This document shows, piece by piece, positions 37,890 through 47,147 of a stretch of 64,000 nt of DNA. Numbering within the stretch: position 1 is the first letter of the stretch; each line of letters begins with the position of its first letter. Origin of the DNA: Bryobacteraceae bacterium (lineage in GTDB: Bacteria > Acidobacteriota > Terriglobia > Bryobacterales > Bryobacteraceae); assembly GCA_035516375.1 (NCBI GenBank), contig DATJAK010000022.1, forward strand, positions 42,116-106,115. The letters run 5' to 3'. The notes under the pieces are model-generated. The model was not told the DNA's origin, searched no databases, and saw only the letters and a list, made by a program, of their open reading frames with translations. A program made the position numbers and the translations under genes.

Positions 37890-39455
37890 GTGCCTTTCAG
37901 TGATGAGCGCGCCGATCGAGCGGTTAACTTCATCGAGCACTATCTCCACCACACGAAGGGACAGTTCGTCGGCCAGCCCTTCCTTCTGCGCGATTGGCAG
38001 AAGCAACACGTCCGAGAGATCTTTGGACGGCTCAATGACGACGGGAGCCGTCAGATTCGCCAGGTCTACTGGGAAATTCCCAAAAAGAACGGAAAAAGTG
38101 AAATCGCAGCCGCCATTGCCCTTACCTTGCTCTACGCGGACCGAGAGCCCGGAGCCGAGATCTATGGAGCTGCCGTAGATCGGGATCAAGCCGGCATCGT
38201 GTTCACGGTTGCCGCGGCGATGGTTCGATTCAACGCTAGACTCGCTCGGCGATCTAAAATCATCGATTCCAGCAAACGCATTGTTGTACCAGAGATGGGC
38301 AGCTTCTACCGTGCGCTATCGGCCGACGTAGGTGGCAAGCACGGGTTTAACAGCCACGGCGTGATCTTCGATGAAATTCACGCGCAGCGGGACCGGCGGC
38401 TCTGGGAGGTACTGACGTTCGGCGCCGGCGACGCACGCACCCAACCTCTGGTGTTCGGAATCACGACGGCCGGTATCCCCGGAGAGAGCCCGGTTGCGGA
38501 GGAACTGCACGAATACGCGGATCAGATCATCCGCGGCGTTATTCCTCCGGACCCGACTTTCTACCCGGTGATCTACGCGGCGCCGCAGGACGCCGATTGG
38601 ACCAGCGAAGAGGTGTGGCGAGCCTGCAATCCGGCGCTCGGCGACTTTCTGAACCTGGAGTCGGTCCGGTCAGCGTGTGAACGTGCAAAGCGCGTACCCA
38701 GCGAACAAAACAGCTTTCGGCGGCTGCGGCTGAATCAGTGGGTCAAACAGGAAACCCGGTTCATTGACATGGCCGATTGGGATGCCTGCTCGGCTCCTAT
38801 CGATCTGACTGCAGCGAAGGACCTGACCTGGTACGCAGGGCTCGACCTGTCGACCAAGCTGGATATTACGGCCCTGGTGCTTGTGGCGAAGGACGACGGT
38901 GGAGTCTTCAACCTGCTGCCCTTCTTCTGGCTGCCCGAAGATAACATGCAGGCTCGACCGCACCAAGAGAGCAGCAAATATCGTCTGTGGGCGGCCAAAG
39001 GCCTCATCACCCTCACGACCGGCAACGTCGTAGATTTCACGGCGGTTCGCAGAAGATTAAACGAGTTGCGAGACCAGGCAGGCCTCAGTATCCAACAAGT
39101 GGCGTATGATCCGTGGTCGGCCACTCAACTTGCGCAGCAACTCCAAGAGGACGGATTCCAAATGGTTGAGGTGGGGCAGACCTATCGGCACCTTTCGGAG
39201 GCCACAAAGGAACTCCAGAGCAGCATCGTGCACCGCAGCGTCCGTCATGGTGGGAACCCGGTGCTGCGCTGGATGGCCGACTGCATGACGGTCAAAAGCG
39301 ACATCAACAGCAACGTGCGACCAGTCAAGCCTGACCGACTAAAATCGTCCAAGCGAATTGACGGAATAGTGGCAGCCATCATGGGTTTGAGTCGTTCGAT
39401 GGTCGATGACCAGTCGCGCTCTGTGTACGAAGAGCGTGGAATCCGGATGCTTTAG
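37890..39455 (+). CDS. phage terminase large subunit
   Basis: 521 aa. It has a Walker-A-like region near IPKKNGKSE, a DE motif in VIFDEIHAQ, and a C-terminal nuclease-like region with typical Terminase_1 organisation. Confidence 0.85.
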   Translation: MPFSDERADRAVNFIEHYLHHTKGQFVGQPFLLRDWQKQHVREIFGRLNDDGSRQIRQVYWEIPKKNGKSEIAAAIALTLLYADREPGAEIYGAAVDRDQAGIVFTVAAAMVRFNARLARRSKIIDSSKRIVVPEMGSFYRALSADVGGKHGFNSHGVIFDEIHAQRDRRLWEVLTFGAGDARTQPLVFGITTAGIPGESPVAEELHEYADQIIRGVIPPDPTFYPVIYAAPQDADWTSEEVWRACNPALGDFLNLESVRSACERAKRVPSEQNSFRRLRLNQWVKQETRFIDMADWDACSAPIDLTAAKDLTWYAGLDLSTKLDITALVLVAKDDGGVFNLLPFFWLPEDNMQARPHQESSKYRLWAAKGLITLTTGNVVDFTAVRRRLNELRDQAGLSIQQVAYDPWSATQLAQQLQEDGFQMVEVGQTYRHLSEATKELQSSIVHRSVRHGGNPVLRWMADCMTVKSDINSNVRPVKPDRLKSSKRIDGIVAAIMGLSRSMVDDQSRSVYEERGIRML

Positions 39456-39736
39456 CAAGCTCGCGCGACCCCAGTCAGTCGAGCTTCCTTGCATGGCCTG
39501 ACTTCCTAACCTTGTTTCGTGGCTCGGCCCAACCGGAGTCTCTCTGACTGACCCGAGATAACTGGCCGGTTAATGCCACTCTCCGGTTAGGTGCGTCAGA
39601 CGTCAGTTGACGTGATGCGGACATATCAGGATCTATCGTAGATTGCGGCCTTTTCAGGGCCGAACTCAAACCAACCTAACCCACTGATTCCACGAGACGA
39701 CCCAACGAGAAAACGCCGATTTTATCCCTATTTGTT

Positions 39737-39765
39737 GGAACAGGAATGGAACAGGTCTGGAACAG
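39737..39765. repeat. three direct GGAACAG(G) repeats with 11-nt periodicity
   Basis: GGAACAGG at 39737-39744, GGAACAGG at 39748-39755 and GGAACAG at 39759-39765. They lie in the non-coding gap just 3' of the RT-Toprim stop. Confidence 0.6.
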
Positions 39766-39793
39766 CCACCCCCGGGAGAGCGCAGCCCGCATC

Positions 39794-41359
39794 CTACGGC
39801 ACGGTTGCCGCTTGTCCTGCGAGGATCGCCGCGTGCTGTTTGATGATGTCCTCCAGGATGGCGAGGAGCGGCTGAAATCCCGCAAAGCTAATCGTGCTCG
39901 CCTTTGCCTTCACGACCTGTTCGGCGAAAATGTGTTTGCCGAAATGCTGGTTCTTATCGAAGCCATTGCTGTCATCGTTGAAGGTCTTGCCGCCGACCTG
40001 GGTGGCTTTCGTTGCGGCATCAAAGAAATCCTCGATCTTCGATTCAGTGACTCCAGGAGACAATGGCGTTCGCATCGCGTAGAGGTTTCGGGCGACGTGC
40101 AGGTACGGTTCGGTTCCCTTCACCCTGTTTTTCGTCGCCTTACCAATGGCGCTCCGGATGTCTTTAGCGCCCGCATCGTTGTCATACAGGATAATCACGG
40201 GGTGTTTCTGTCCCGGCGCGTGAAAGTGGTCCGTATCCTTCTTGTAGGTGCCGATGAAGTGCGCGATGAGCGCGCTTCCACCGGAGGAGAGTCCGAGAAT
40301 GCGCCCTGTGCTCGTTTGGGGATAGTTGTACAGGCGCACGTTGAGCGTGATCTTGCCCTGCTGGTCGATGGTGGCGAGCTGAGGAAACTGCGCCGCTAGG
40401 CTGCGGATCGCGTGCTTGAGGTAAACGTTGTCTGTCTTCCCTTCGCAAATAATCACTGGTCGGGCTGCCATGTAGAAGTCCTTGTAGAGCAGGAAGCGTC
40501 GGTACATGGGCTGTTTCTTTTCCCCGTCGTGACGGTCAATGCTGTCGATGAATCCGAGGCGACCGTGCAGCTCATCGAGCGTGCCATCCCGATCCTCCAG
40601 GGTCACGACGCCGTTCTTGGTGACGGGCCCGACGAGCGTGAACTTACCCGTGGTGAAGAGATGGTGCACCATCGCTCGTACCTCTCGACGGTATTCGGTC
40701 CGCACGTTGATCTTCTGATTCACCACGAGCCCCGTGACCTCTTGTCGGGACATCCGGTACTGCATGCGCGTCTTGGTGGGGTTGATCCGGAATCCCGCGC
40801 GCGTGATCTGCCGCACGAGGGGCCGCGCTGGAGTCCAGACATGGGGGTTCGCGGGGTCTTGCTGCGCGATGTCCGGCGGGAATTCGTTCTTGTTCGTGGA
40901 GAACGTGAGATCGTCCGTATACCGGGAGTACGTACACCCCGCCCGCGAGACGAGCCGGAGGAGCTGCATGTCCATGATGTGTGCGATGAGGTTCGAGACG
41001 ACCGGGGAGCACGGGCTGCCTTGCGGAAGGGAGTTGTCGTCGCAAGCGATCTGCGCGAGGCCTGGATCGCAGCTGATCCCTTCCGCGGCGGCATGCGCGT
41101 TCTCATCACCGGCCCTCAGGGCTTCGAGCGGGTCGTGCAGTTCGACCCTAACGAGCAGCCTGCCGAGATTATCCGCCGAGTTCGCGAAACATTGGAAGAG
41201 TGATCCGGGCCGCCGTATCCGGACTTCTTGTGGAAACGGATAGGCGGAACCTTGCGCGTTTCCCGGTACCGATCGCGAGATTGTTTCCAGGTACACAGCA
41301 AACCATTCGCCGTAAGCCGTTCGTTTGACAGGTCGATTCGATCGGGATAGACTCGACAA
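39794..41359 (-). CDS. reverse transcriptase fused to a C-terminal Toprim domain (retron Ec67-like architecture); N-terminal RT motifs poorly recognisable
   Basis: 521 aa. RT motifs are LPQGSPCSPVVSN, YSRYTDDLTFS (YxDD) and the retron-type QEVTGLVVN. Toprim motifs are PVIICEGKTDNVYL (conserved Glu) and VIILYDNDAGAKD (DxD). Confidence 0.75.
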   Translation of the reverse strand: MSSLSRSNRPVKRTAYGEWFAVYLETISRSVPGNAQGSAYPFPQEVRIRRPGSLFQCFANSADNLGRLLVRVELHDPLEALRAGDENAHAAAEGISCDPGLAQIACDDNSLPQGSPCSPVVSNLIAHIMDMQLLRLVSRAGCTYSRYTDDLTFSTNKNEFPPDIAQQDPANPHVWTPARPLVRQITRAGFRINPTKTRMQYRMSRQEVTGLVVNQKINVRTEYRREVRAMVHHLFTTGKFTLVGPVTKNGVVTLEDRDGTLDELHGRLGFIDSIDRHDGEKKQPMYRRFLLYKDFYMAARPVIICEGKTDNVYLKHAIRSLAAQFPQLATIDQQGKITLNVRLYNYPQTSTGRILGLSSGGSALIAHFIGTYKKDTDHFHAPGQKHPVIILYDNDAGAKDIRSAIGKATKNRVKGTEPYLHVARNLYAMRTPLSPGVTESKIEDFFDAATKATQVGGKTFNDDSNGFDKNQHFGKHIFAEQVVKAKASTISFAGFQPLLAILEDIIKQHAAILAGQAATVP

Positions 41360-41364
41360 TCATC

Positions 41365-42545
41365 ATGCGAACGGCCCTGTGTGTGGCGGTGTTTCTTATG
41401 GCGGTCTCCGCACTCGCGGCTGATACCAGCGAATTGCAAAACCGCCGGCAACGCGCTGCGGCTGACTTCGGCGATGGAATTCTTATGGTGCACGCAAAGT
41501 CCGTGGTGGACGAATCCGCCGACGGGTTCCGCCAGGACCCTGCGTTTTACTACTTCACAGGTCTCGAAAATACTGTCGGTGCCATCCTCGCAATCGACGG
41601 CCGATCCCACGGGAGTTGGCTGTTTCTCAGCCCGCCAACGCCCAACGAGCGCTTCCTCGCGGGAGCGACGGGTCCGCTCAAAGGCTCACCCGGTTCAGAC
41701 GCCCTGAAGCAGGCGGGGATCGAACACGTGGTCGATTGGTCCGAGCTTGCAAGCTTCCTCGAAAAGAATGGAACCGTTACGACAGCGCTTTACTACCCAG
41801 CGGTCAAATATTCGCGCCCAGAACTGCCGCCGAACATCACCGGTGATCCACCGAGCGCACCGTTGTGGGCTCTCGCCATTGCCAGGAGATGGCCATCACT
41901 TCAACTTAAAGAAGCTAGCGCACGAGTCAATGCCCTCATGGCTGTGCAAAGCCCGTCGGAGCTGGTCAACGTGCGTGCTGCCGCAAAGGCCACAGTCCAG
42001 GCCGTGATGGCTGGGATCCACGCGATCGGGCCAGGTGTGTCGCAGCGAAGTGTAGAAGCCGCTGTAGAGGACGCATGCTGGAGAGCGGGCGCGCACGGGG
42101 CATCGTTCTGGCGTGGGCAATGGCGGGGCTGAATGGCGTATTCCCGAACCCATTCGCTTCACTAACCCTCTATGACCATCTAAACGCCGTCACGAATGCC
42201 GGCGACCTCGTACGGCTCGATGTTGGTTGCGAGTGGAACCACTACGGGGGCGATCTGGGCCGGACGGTTCCGGTATCGGGCCGCTACACCACCGATCAGC
42301 GCGAGATCTGGAATATTTTCGTGTCGGCTTATCATGCGGGCGTGAAATCGTTGCGAGAGGGAGCCACGGTGGATCAGATCTTCGAAGCCTGGCGCGCTGA
42401 GTTAATTCGCCACCGGCAATCCGCAAGGCCGGCAACGCGGGTTGCGTCACTTGGACCTATAGCGCCCGAACTAAAGCGCCCAAACAGCAGCAGGTTCTGG
42501 CGGTCGTCTCAGACCTTAACGGGAGTGCCCCCCGGCTTTGAGTAG
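41365..42545 (+). pseudogene. M24-family Xaa-Pro aminopeptidase-like gene, frameshifted and apparently 3'-truncated
   Basis: Frame 1 (41365-42132) holds a signal peptide and the N-terminal domain (FRQDPAFYYFTGLE). Frame 2 (42075-42545) continues AWAMAGLNGVFPNPF...AGDLVRLDVGCEWNHYGGDLGRTVP, which includes the metal-binding Asp residues. The junction GCATCGTTCTGGCGTGGGCAATGG near 42100-42108 needs a 1-nt insertion to stay in frame. I found no HxxxH/E/E distal metal ligands before the stop. Confidence 0.65.
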
Positions 42546-42781
42546 CTGGATTCAACGAATTCCATCGAGCGGCAGCGTACTCTAATGTCGTTCGATTCCG
42601 TCCCTGGCCCCGACATTCTAGATAAAATAGCGGACTTCTAGAAACCGATGGTTAAAGACCTGGGGAACAAGGCGGGAACACCAAGACTTGGTTCATTCCT
42701 CCCCCCAGACGGGTTCGAGGAGATTATTACCCGGAAGTCGGCTTGTAGCCGGGTTATCGTCGCGCTCACGAAGCCGGTGGG

Positions 42782-43729
42782 CTAAACCGCCACTCTCAGC
42801 TTGATCCCGTCATTGGGCGCATTGACCAAATCCTGCTTTGTACCGAGGTATCGCTCAGTTGTCTGGACCGACGCGTGGCCCAGGAGCATCTGGATTTGCT
42901 CCAACTCGCCGCCAGCGGCCCGGCACAGTTTGGCGCACGTCCGGCGGGCGTCGTGTGGCGCGATGCCGGGGACGCCGGCAGCTTCTGCATACCTACGAAG
43001 GAACTGCCAAATAACCTTCTCGCTCAAACGCTCGCCGGAAACCTGATCGCCACGATTTATCGGCCGAAATACGAAGCCATCACCCAAGCCAGCGGCCGAG
43101 GTCCAGGCATCGATCGCCATTTTTGCCCACGTCGGCATCGGAATTGTTCGCACGCGACCGTGCTTGCCGATCAAGTCTACGATGCACCAGTGGTTATCCC
43201 CTTGCTGAATGTGCTTGAGAGTAAGAGCCGCCACTTCGGATCGGCGCAACCCGCAGCCGAGGAGCACCGCGAGCATCGCCCGGTCTCGCAGCCCCTTGTT
43301 TGTAGTCGTGTCGGGCGCGTTGAGAAGCGCCTGGGCCTGTCGCAGCGACAGCCAGTTCCCGACACGGACGCCCTTCGACGCGACTCCCTTCACGCGCGCG
43401 ATCCCGCTGGCCAACTCCGGCGCCAGCAACCCGTTGTCAGCGGCCTCGACCGCCAGTTTCCGCACGGCGGTGATCCGGACATTGATGGAGACGGAGCCGA
43501 GCCCGCGGGCCTCAAGCGCAACTCGCCACGCACTCACGGTCGCTTTCGTGAAACCGGGCCGCGGCTCCTGGCCGTACCACTCGAAGAATTCGTCGAGCCC
43601 AAGATTGTAAACGCGCTTGGTGATCGGGGAGGAGACGCTGTCTAGCACGAGCGCCTTGAGTTTACGCCATTGGCTCGCTTGTGGGGCGACAATCAAATCG
43701 GTCATCTCTAGGTCCTCATAATGGGCCAT
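42782..43729 (-). CDS. tyrosine-type site-specific recombinase/integrase
   Basis: 315 aa with an N-terminal SAM-like core-binding domain. The catalytic residues are present: GLRRSE (Arg), HDARRT (His-x-x-Arg) and LGHASVQTTERYL (His...Tyr). Confidence 0.88.
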   Translation of the reverse strand: MAHYEDLEMTDLIVAPQASQWRKLKALVLDSVSSPITKRVYNLGLDEFFEWYGQEPRPGFTKATVSAWRVALEARGLGSVSINVRITAVRKLAVEAADNGLLAPELASGIARVKGVASKGVRVGNWLSLRQAQALLNAPDTTTNKGLRDRAMLAVLLGCGLRRSEVAALTLKHIQQGDNHWCIVDLIGKHGRVRTIPMPTWAKMAIDAWTSAAGLGDGFVFRPINRGDQVSGERLSEKVIWQFLRRYAEAAGVPGIAPHDARRTCAKLCRAAGGELEQIQMLLGHASVQTTERYLGTKQDLVNAPNDGIKLRVAV

Positions 43730-43781
43730 AACGGAAGCATTTGGACCTTACCTCTGCTCGGCGGGGACATCAAGGACGCCG

Positions 43782-44612
43782 CTACTTCGTTGATTGCGGC
43801 AGCACTACCGTGACCCGGCCATTCACGATCGGATTCCGGTCATCCGGTCCGCCGCAGGTTTCCGGTTCGGCCACCCACGTACCCGGTTTCATCCGCGTAT
43901 AGTGCTTCGTGAAGTTCCAAGGCTTGGTAAGCGCCACCGGATCGGTGATGCTCACCTGGTCTTCGAGCGTGTTGGCATCGATCTGGCGGAATCGCTCGTG
44001 AAAATGTGCTTTTTCGCTGAGCATTGCTGGTGTGAAATCGGCCCAGATGCCGCTCCTGACCGAGATCGTATCCACCACCAGCGTCTGGCCTTCCCAATGG
44101 CCGATCGATCTGCCTAAAAGAGTTGGCCAAAGCTCGTCTTCCGGTGGAAAGCCGCGGCCGTCGGTATAAATGTGCCGCGTTTCCTTGTCCACCGTAATCC
44201 ACGTCTTCTCCGGCGTCACGACAAATTCGTAGTCAAACGGCGTGCCGATGATGTGAGGCATGCCGGCCGCGCAGTAGACGGTGTGCGTGTCCACCAGCGG
44301 ATCGGGATAATTGGCATCGCCCTGGTGCTCCGCGCGGACCAGGTTCAGGCGATACTTGGCTTCCCACTCCTCGTTGTAAGGCGGATGATCACGCGTGCCG
44401 GGGACAAACGACGGCCCGTTCTCGACATCAAGTAGTGCAGGCGAGCCCTTCAATCGCCAGACGCCGCTCCAATTCGGAAGATTCGAAAATGACTTGAGCC
44501 GCGCCGGCGAGTTCAAATCCGCCTGAGCGAGGGCGTTGGAAACAAACAGCAGCACTGCGCTCAGAGAGCTGATTCGCGCGAACATGCGGACTTTCGAGCT
44601 TGTGGCGTTCAT
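43782..44612 (-). CDS. hypothetical secreted protein
   Basis: The start was moved to MNATSSKVRMFARISSLSAVLLFVSNALA, which is a signal peptide. The composition is protein-like and I do not recognise a family. It is co-oriented with the HHSF-motif gene upstream. Confidence 0.6.
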   Translation of the reverse strand: MNATSSKVRMFARISSLSAVLLFVSNALAQADLNSPARLKSFSNLPNWSGVWRLKGSPALLDVENGPSFVPGTRDHPPYNEEWEAKYRLNLVRAEHQGDANYPDPLVDTHTVYCAAGMPHIIGTPFDYEFVVTPEKTWITVDKETRHIYTDGRGFPPEDELWPTLLGRSIGHWEGQTLVVDTISVRSGIWADFTPAMLSEKAHFHERFRQIDANTLEDQVSITDPVALTKPWNFTKHYTRMKPGTWVAEPETCGGPDDRNPIVNGRVTVVLPQSTK

Positions 44613-44637
44613 GGCCAGATCCTCTTTTCCGGGAGTG

Positions 44638-45042
44638 CTATGGGGTATTGGGATCGCCGGTCGGCGAGCCTCCGATTCGCGTGCCATCGGCAAGGGTCAC
44701 CGTGATCAACGAACCGCCCGGCCGGCCGTCGCGCAGCGGATGCATGATGATGGTGATCTGATCGCCAGGCTTGAGGCTCTTCGGTTTCCAGCCTTGGCGC
44801 ACCAGACCCGACGGCGAACTCGTCTCAATGCTCCATTCCACTGGGTTGCCGGACGAGTCTTTCACCATGAGCTGGATCCACGAGTGCGGATTGAGCCACT
44901 GGAATTCTTTGACCACGCCACTGATCGTGGCCGTTTTGGACATGTCGAAGGCAGCGAACGAGTGATGCCCGAATGCTGCCGTACCACCGAGGAGGATCCC
45001 CAGCGCAGTGAGCGCGAGCCGGCGGAGCGTATTCTTTGTCAT
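44638..45042 (-). CDS. small secreted HHSF-motif protein (DUF6152-like)
   Basis: 134 aa. A signal peptide is followed by GHHSFAAFDMSKTATISGVVKEFQWLNPHSWIQ. I recall this pattern from DUF6152-type proteins; this has not been verified. Confidence 0.55.
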   Translation of the reverse strand: MTKNTLRRLALTALGILLGGTAAFGHHSFAAFDMSKTATISGVVKEFQWLNPHSWIQLMVKDSSGNPVEWSIETSSPSGLVRQGWKPKSLKPGDQITIIMHPLRDGRPGGSLITVTLADGTRIGGSPTGDPNTP

Positions 45043-45190
45043 ATGTCCGACCTCACATCACGACTAGATTACGCCAGCGGAAATCTTGCGGCAAATGTCG
45101 TTCCTGGCAAGCTCGGACCCCGCGCGTGGTTATGCCGGCAGTGGCGGTGGGTGGGGCAAGCTCCCAGCCTACAATGAATGTTTGTCCCGT

Positions 45191-46135
45191 ATGGACCGAC
45201 AACTACACATCGTCGTGGTCGGCAGCGCCAACATAGATCTCACCACGTTTACTGATACTTTTCCGCGGCCGGGCGAAACTGTTTTTGGAAGTAGGTTTCA
45301 ATTGGGCTTCGGAGGCAAGGGCGCCAACCAGGCCGTGGCGGTGCGTTTGTGTGGGGCTCGTGTTTCCATGGTGGCGCGGGTTGGCGATGACCTGTTCGGA
45401 CCCGCCACCGTCACCAACTTCACCTCCCGTGGCATAGACGCCAGCAACGTGGGAATCACGCTTGGCGTAGCGAGCGGTGTCGCACCTATTTTCGTCGACA
45501 GTTCCGGACAGAACCGCATCCTGGTGGTGAAAGGTGCGAACGATTGCCTGCAACCTGCCGACGTGGATCGGGCGGCCGATCTGTTGCGGAGCGCGGACTG
45601 CATCGTGCTACAGCTGGAGATCCCGATTGAAACCGTGTATTACACGCTAAGGTTTGCACAACAGCACGGGATTCGCACAATTCTCAATCCCGCCCCGGCA
45701 CAGCCGCTGGATTTGCAGGCTGCGGGTCTGGCGGACTACGTCGTACCGAACGAAACGGAGGCGGAGGCACTCTCCGGCATGCCGGTTCGCAATGTGGAAG
45801 AAGCGCAGGCATGCGCACAACGACTGCTCGACGGCGGTCTGCGACGGGTTATCCTTACGCTGGGCGCCAACGGCGCGTTGTATGCCGGCAGCGACGGGAT
45901 GCGGCACGTGGCTTCCTTCCCGGTGAAGCCCGTGGATACCACCGGCGCTGGCGATGCGTTCATAGGAAGCTTTGCGTTCTTCCTGGGCTGTGGTTGTCCG
46001 GAATCAGAAGCCATCGCGCGAAGCAACATGTACGCTGCCCTCTCGACGTTAGCGGTGGGGACCCAGACGTCATTCATGAGCAGAGAGGCCTTCGAGGCAG
46101 AGTGGGTCAAGGTCCACGAGGCACCGATCAGCTGA
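45191..46135 (+). CDS. rbsK: ribokinase
   Basis: The start was moved to the ATG at 45191 (MDRQLHIVVVGSANIDL). It has the GG motif (GFGGKGANQA) and the C-terminal PfkB signature DTTGAGDAFIGSF. Confidence 0.88.
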   Translation: MDRQLHIVVVGSANIDLTTFTDTFPRPGETVFGSRFQLGFGGKGANQAVAVRLCGARVSMVARVGDDLFGPATVTNFTSRGIDASNVGITLGVASGVAPIFVDSSGQNRILVVKGANDCLQPADVDRAADLLRSADCIVLQLEIPIETVYYTLRFAQQHGIRTILNPAPAQPLDLQAAGLADYVVPNETEAEALSGMPVRNVEEAQACAQRLLDGGLRRVILTLGANGALYAGSDGMRHVASFPVKPVDTTGAGDAFIGSFAFFLGCGCPESEAIARSNMYAALSTLAVGTQTSFMSREAFEAEWVKVHEAPIS

Positions 46136-47147
46136 CGAGGGGAGCGATCGCGATGGAAGCGAGCCCTGCGAGGAAGCACGCGAACATCAGGGCCAGCCGC
46201 AGGTTGGCTTTGGCCCCGGCGTCCTTGAACTCACGCCAGATGAAGACGCCCCACAACGCGGACACCAGAGTGGCGCCCTGCCCAAGCGAATACGAGACTG
46301 CCGGACCGACCAGGCCCGGCTTGGCACCGACAACGAAATTGGAAATCGTCCCCACCGACCAGATGACGCCGCCAATAACTCCCCACATGTGCCAGTGACC
46401 CGGGACTTTGAAGTATTCGGCGGCGTGGACCGGCTTGCCGCTAATCGGCTTGTACATGAGGTAGCCAATCACCGGCAACGTGCCGAGAACTGCACCGATG
46501 GAAAACACGAAAAAGCCAGAGTACGGGGTGAGGTTCTGGACCCCGGCAATCGACTTCGCGAAAAAGGGGTAGAACAGCCCCATTAGCACGCCGCACGCCA
46601 AGCTCAGCGCAATGCCGAGCCGAGCCGACCTCACCGGTTGCACTTGGCCTGCCGGCTTCCTAGCAGCAAGCGTTCGATAAGCCAGGGCGTCGAGTGCGAT
46701 CGCTGCCGCCACCAGGGTCATACCCCCGAACAGCAACACAGGGTTCCCGGCCGGTTTCACAATGTAGTTGCCGATGGTCCCGATGATGAGCGCCAGGCCT
46801 ATGCCGATCGGAAAAGCGACGGCCATGCCGGCAACGGCGATGGCGGCAACAAGCAGGATATTGGCCGCGGTGAAGATGATCCCGCTGAACATAGCCAGGC
46901 CCAAGTTGCGCGCCGCCGCCTGCGAAAGGCTCTCTGTGAACGGGAGGCCGTTGGCCAGATCGCCGGTGCTACCCAGCGTCACGCCAAACAGGACGCTGCT
47001 GAGCAGCATGCCGATGATGTAATCCCAATAAAAAAGCTCGAAGCGATACGACTGGGCCAGCTTTTGGGTGTTGGCCCAGGACCCCCAGCAGAACATGCAA
47101 GCGATCAGCATCAGAAGAGCCGGCAGGTAGTTTCCGGGCAGATACAT
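46128..47147 (-). CDS. GRP-family sugar (ribose/glucose) uptake permease
   Basis: 339 aa with ~10 TM helices. The N-terminus ALLMLIACMFCWGSWANTQK is typical of the GRP/RbsU-like sugar transporter family. It is convergent with and overlaps rbsK. Confidence 0.7.
   Translation of the reverse strand: MYLPGNYLPALLMLIACMFCWGSWANTQKLAQSYRFELFYWDYIIGMLLSSVLFGVTLGSTGDLANGLPFTESLSQAAARNLGLAMFSGIIFTAANILLVAAIAVAGMAVAFPIGIGLALIIGTIGNYIVKPAGNPVLLFGGMTLVAAAIALDALAYRTLAARKPAGQVQPVRSARLGIALSLACGVLMGLFYPFFAKSIAGVQNLTPYSGFFVFSIGAVLGTLPVIGYLMYKPISGKPVHAAEYFKVPGHWHMWGVIGGVIWSVGTISNFVVGAKPGLVGPAVSYSLGQGATLVSALWGVFIWREFKDAGAKANLRLALMFACFLAGLASIAIAPLVS

Larger units (their letters stand above)
33279..41360. mobile_element. 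decayed prophage/genomic-island remnant (no capsid, tail or lysis genes)
   Basis: The remnant is bounded on the left by the tRNA 3' fragment. It contains a hypothetical gene, a repeat-bracketed P450, a ParB-methyltransferase, a P27-type small terminase, a large terminase with nothing phage-like after it, and a convergent RT-Toprim gene. The right boundary is placed where the RT 5' end abuts the M24 gene. The boundaries are approximate. Confidence 0.5.

Noticed and set aside
41360-41650. A search for retron msr/msd inverted repeats upstream of the RT gene. The 164-aa minus-strand ORF at 41116-41610 was also considered because it contains an IRFHKKSGYGG string resembling RT motif 1.
   Set aside because: The region is occupied on the opposite strand by the well-supported signal peptide and N-terminal domain of the M24 peptidase. 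The motif-1-like string is in a different frame from the RT body, and the main frame remains alignable across that point. I treat the resemblance as coincidental, but an HMM check is needed.
42580-42620. A T-loop-like string GTTCGATTCCGTCCCTGGCCCCG downstream of the integrase, considered as a possible tRNA or att site.
   Set aside because: The flanking bases cannot form a T-stem: TGTCG does not pair with CCGTC. There is also no acceptor complement upstream. I cannot fold it into a tRNA by hand. It may be a chance match or a very decayed fragment, and tRNAscan or a tmRNA search would settle it.
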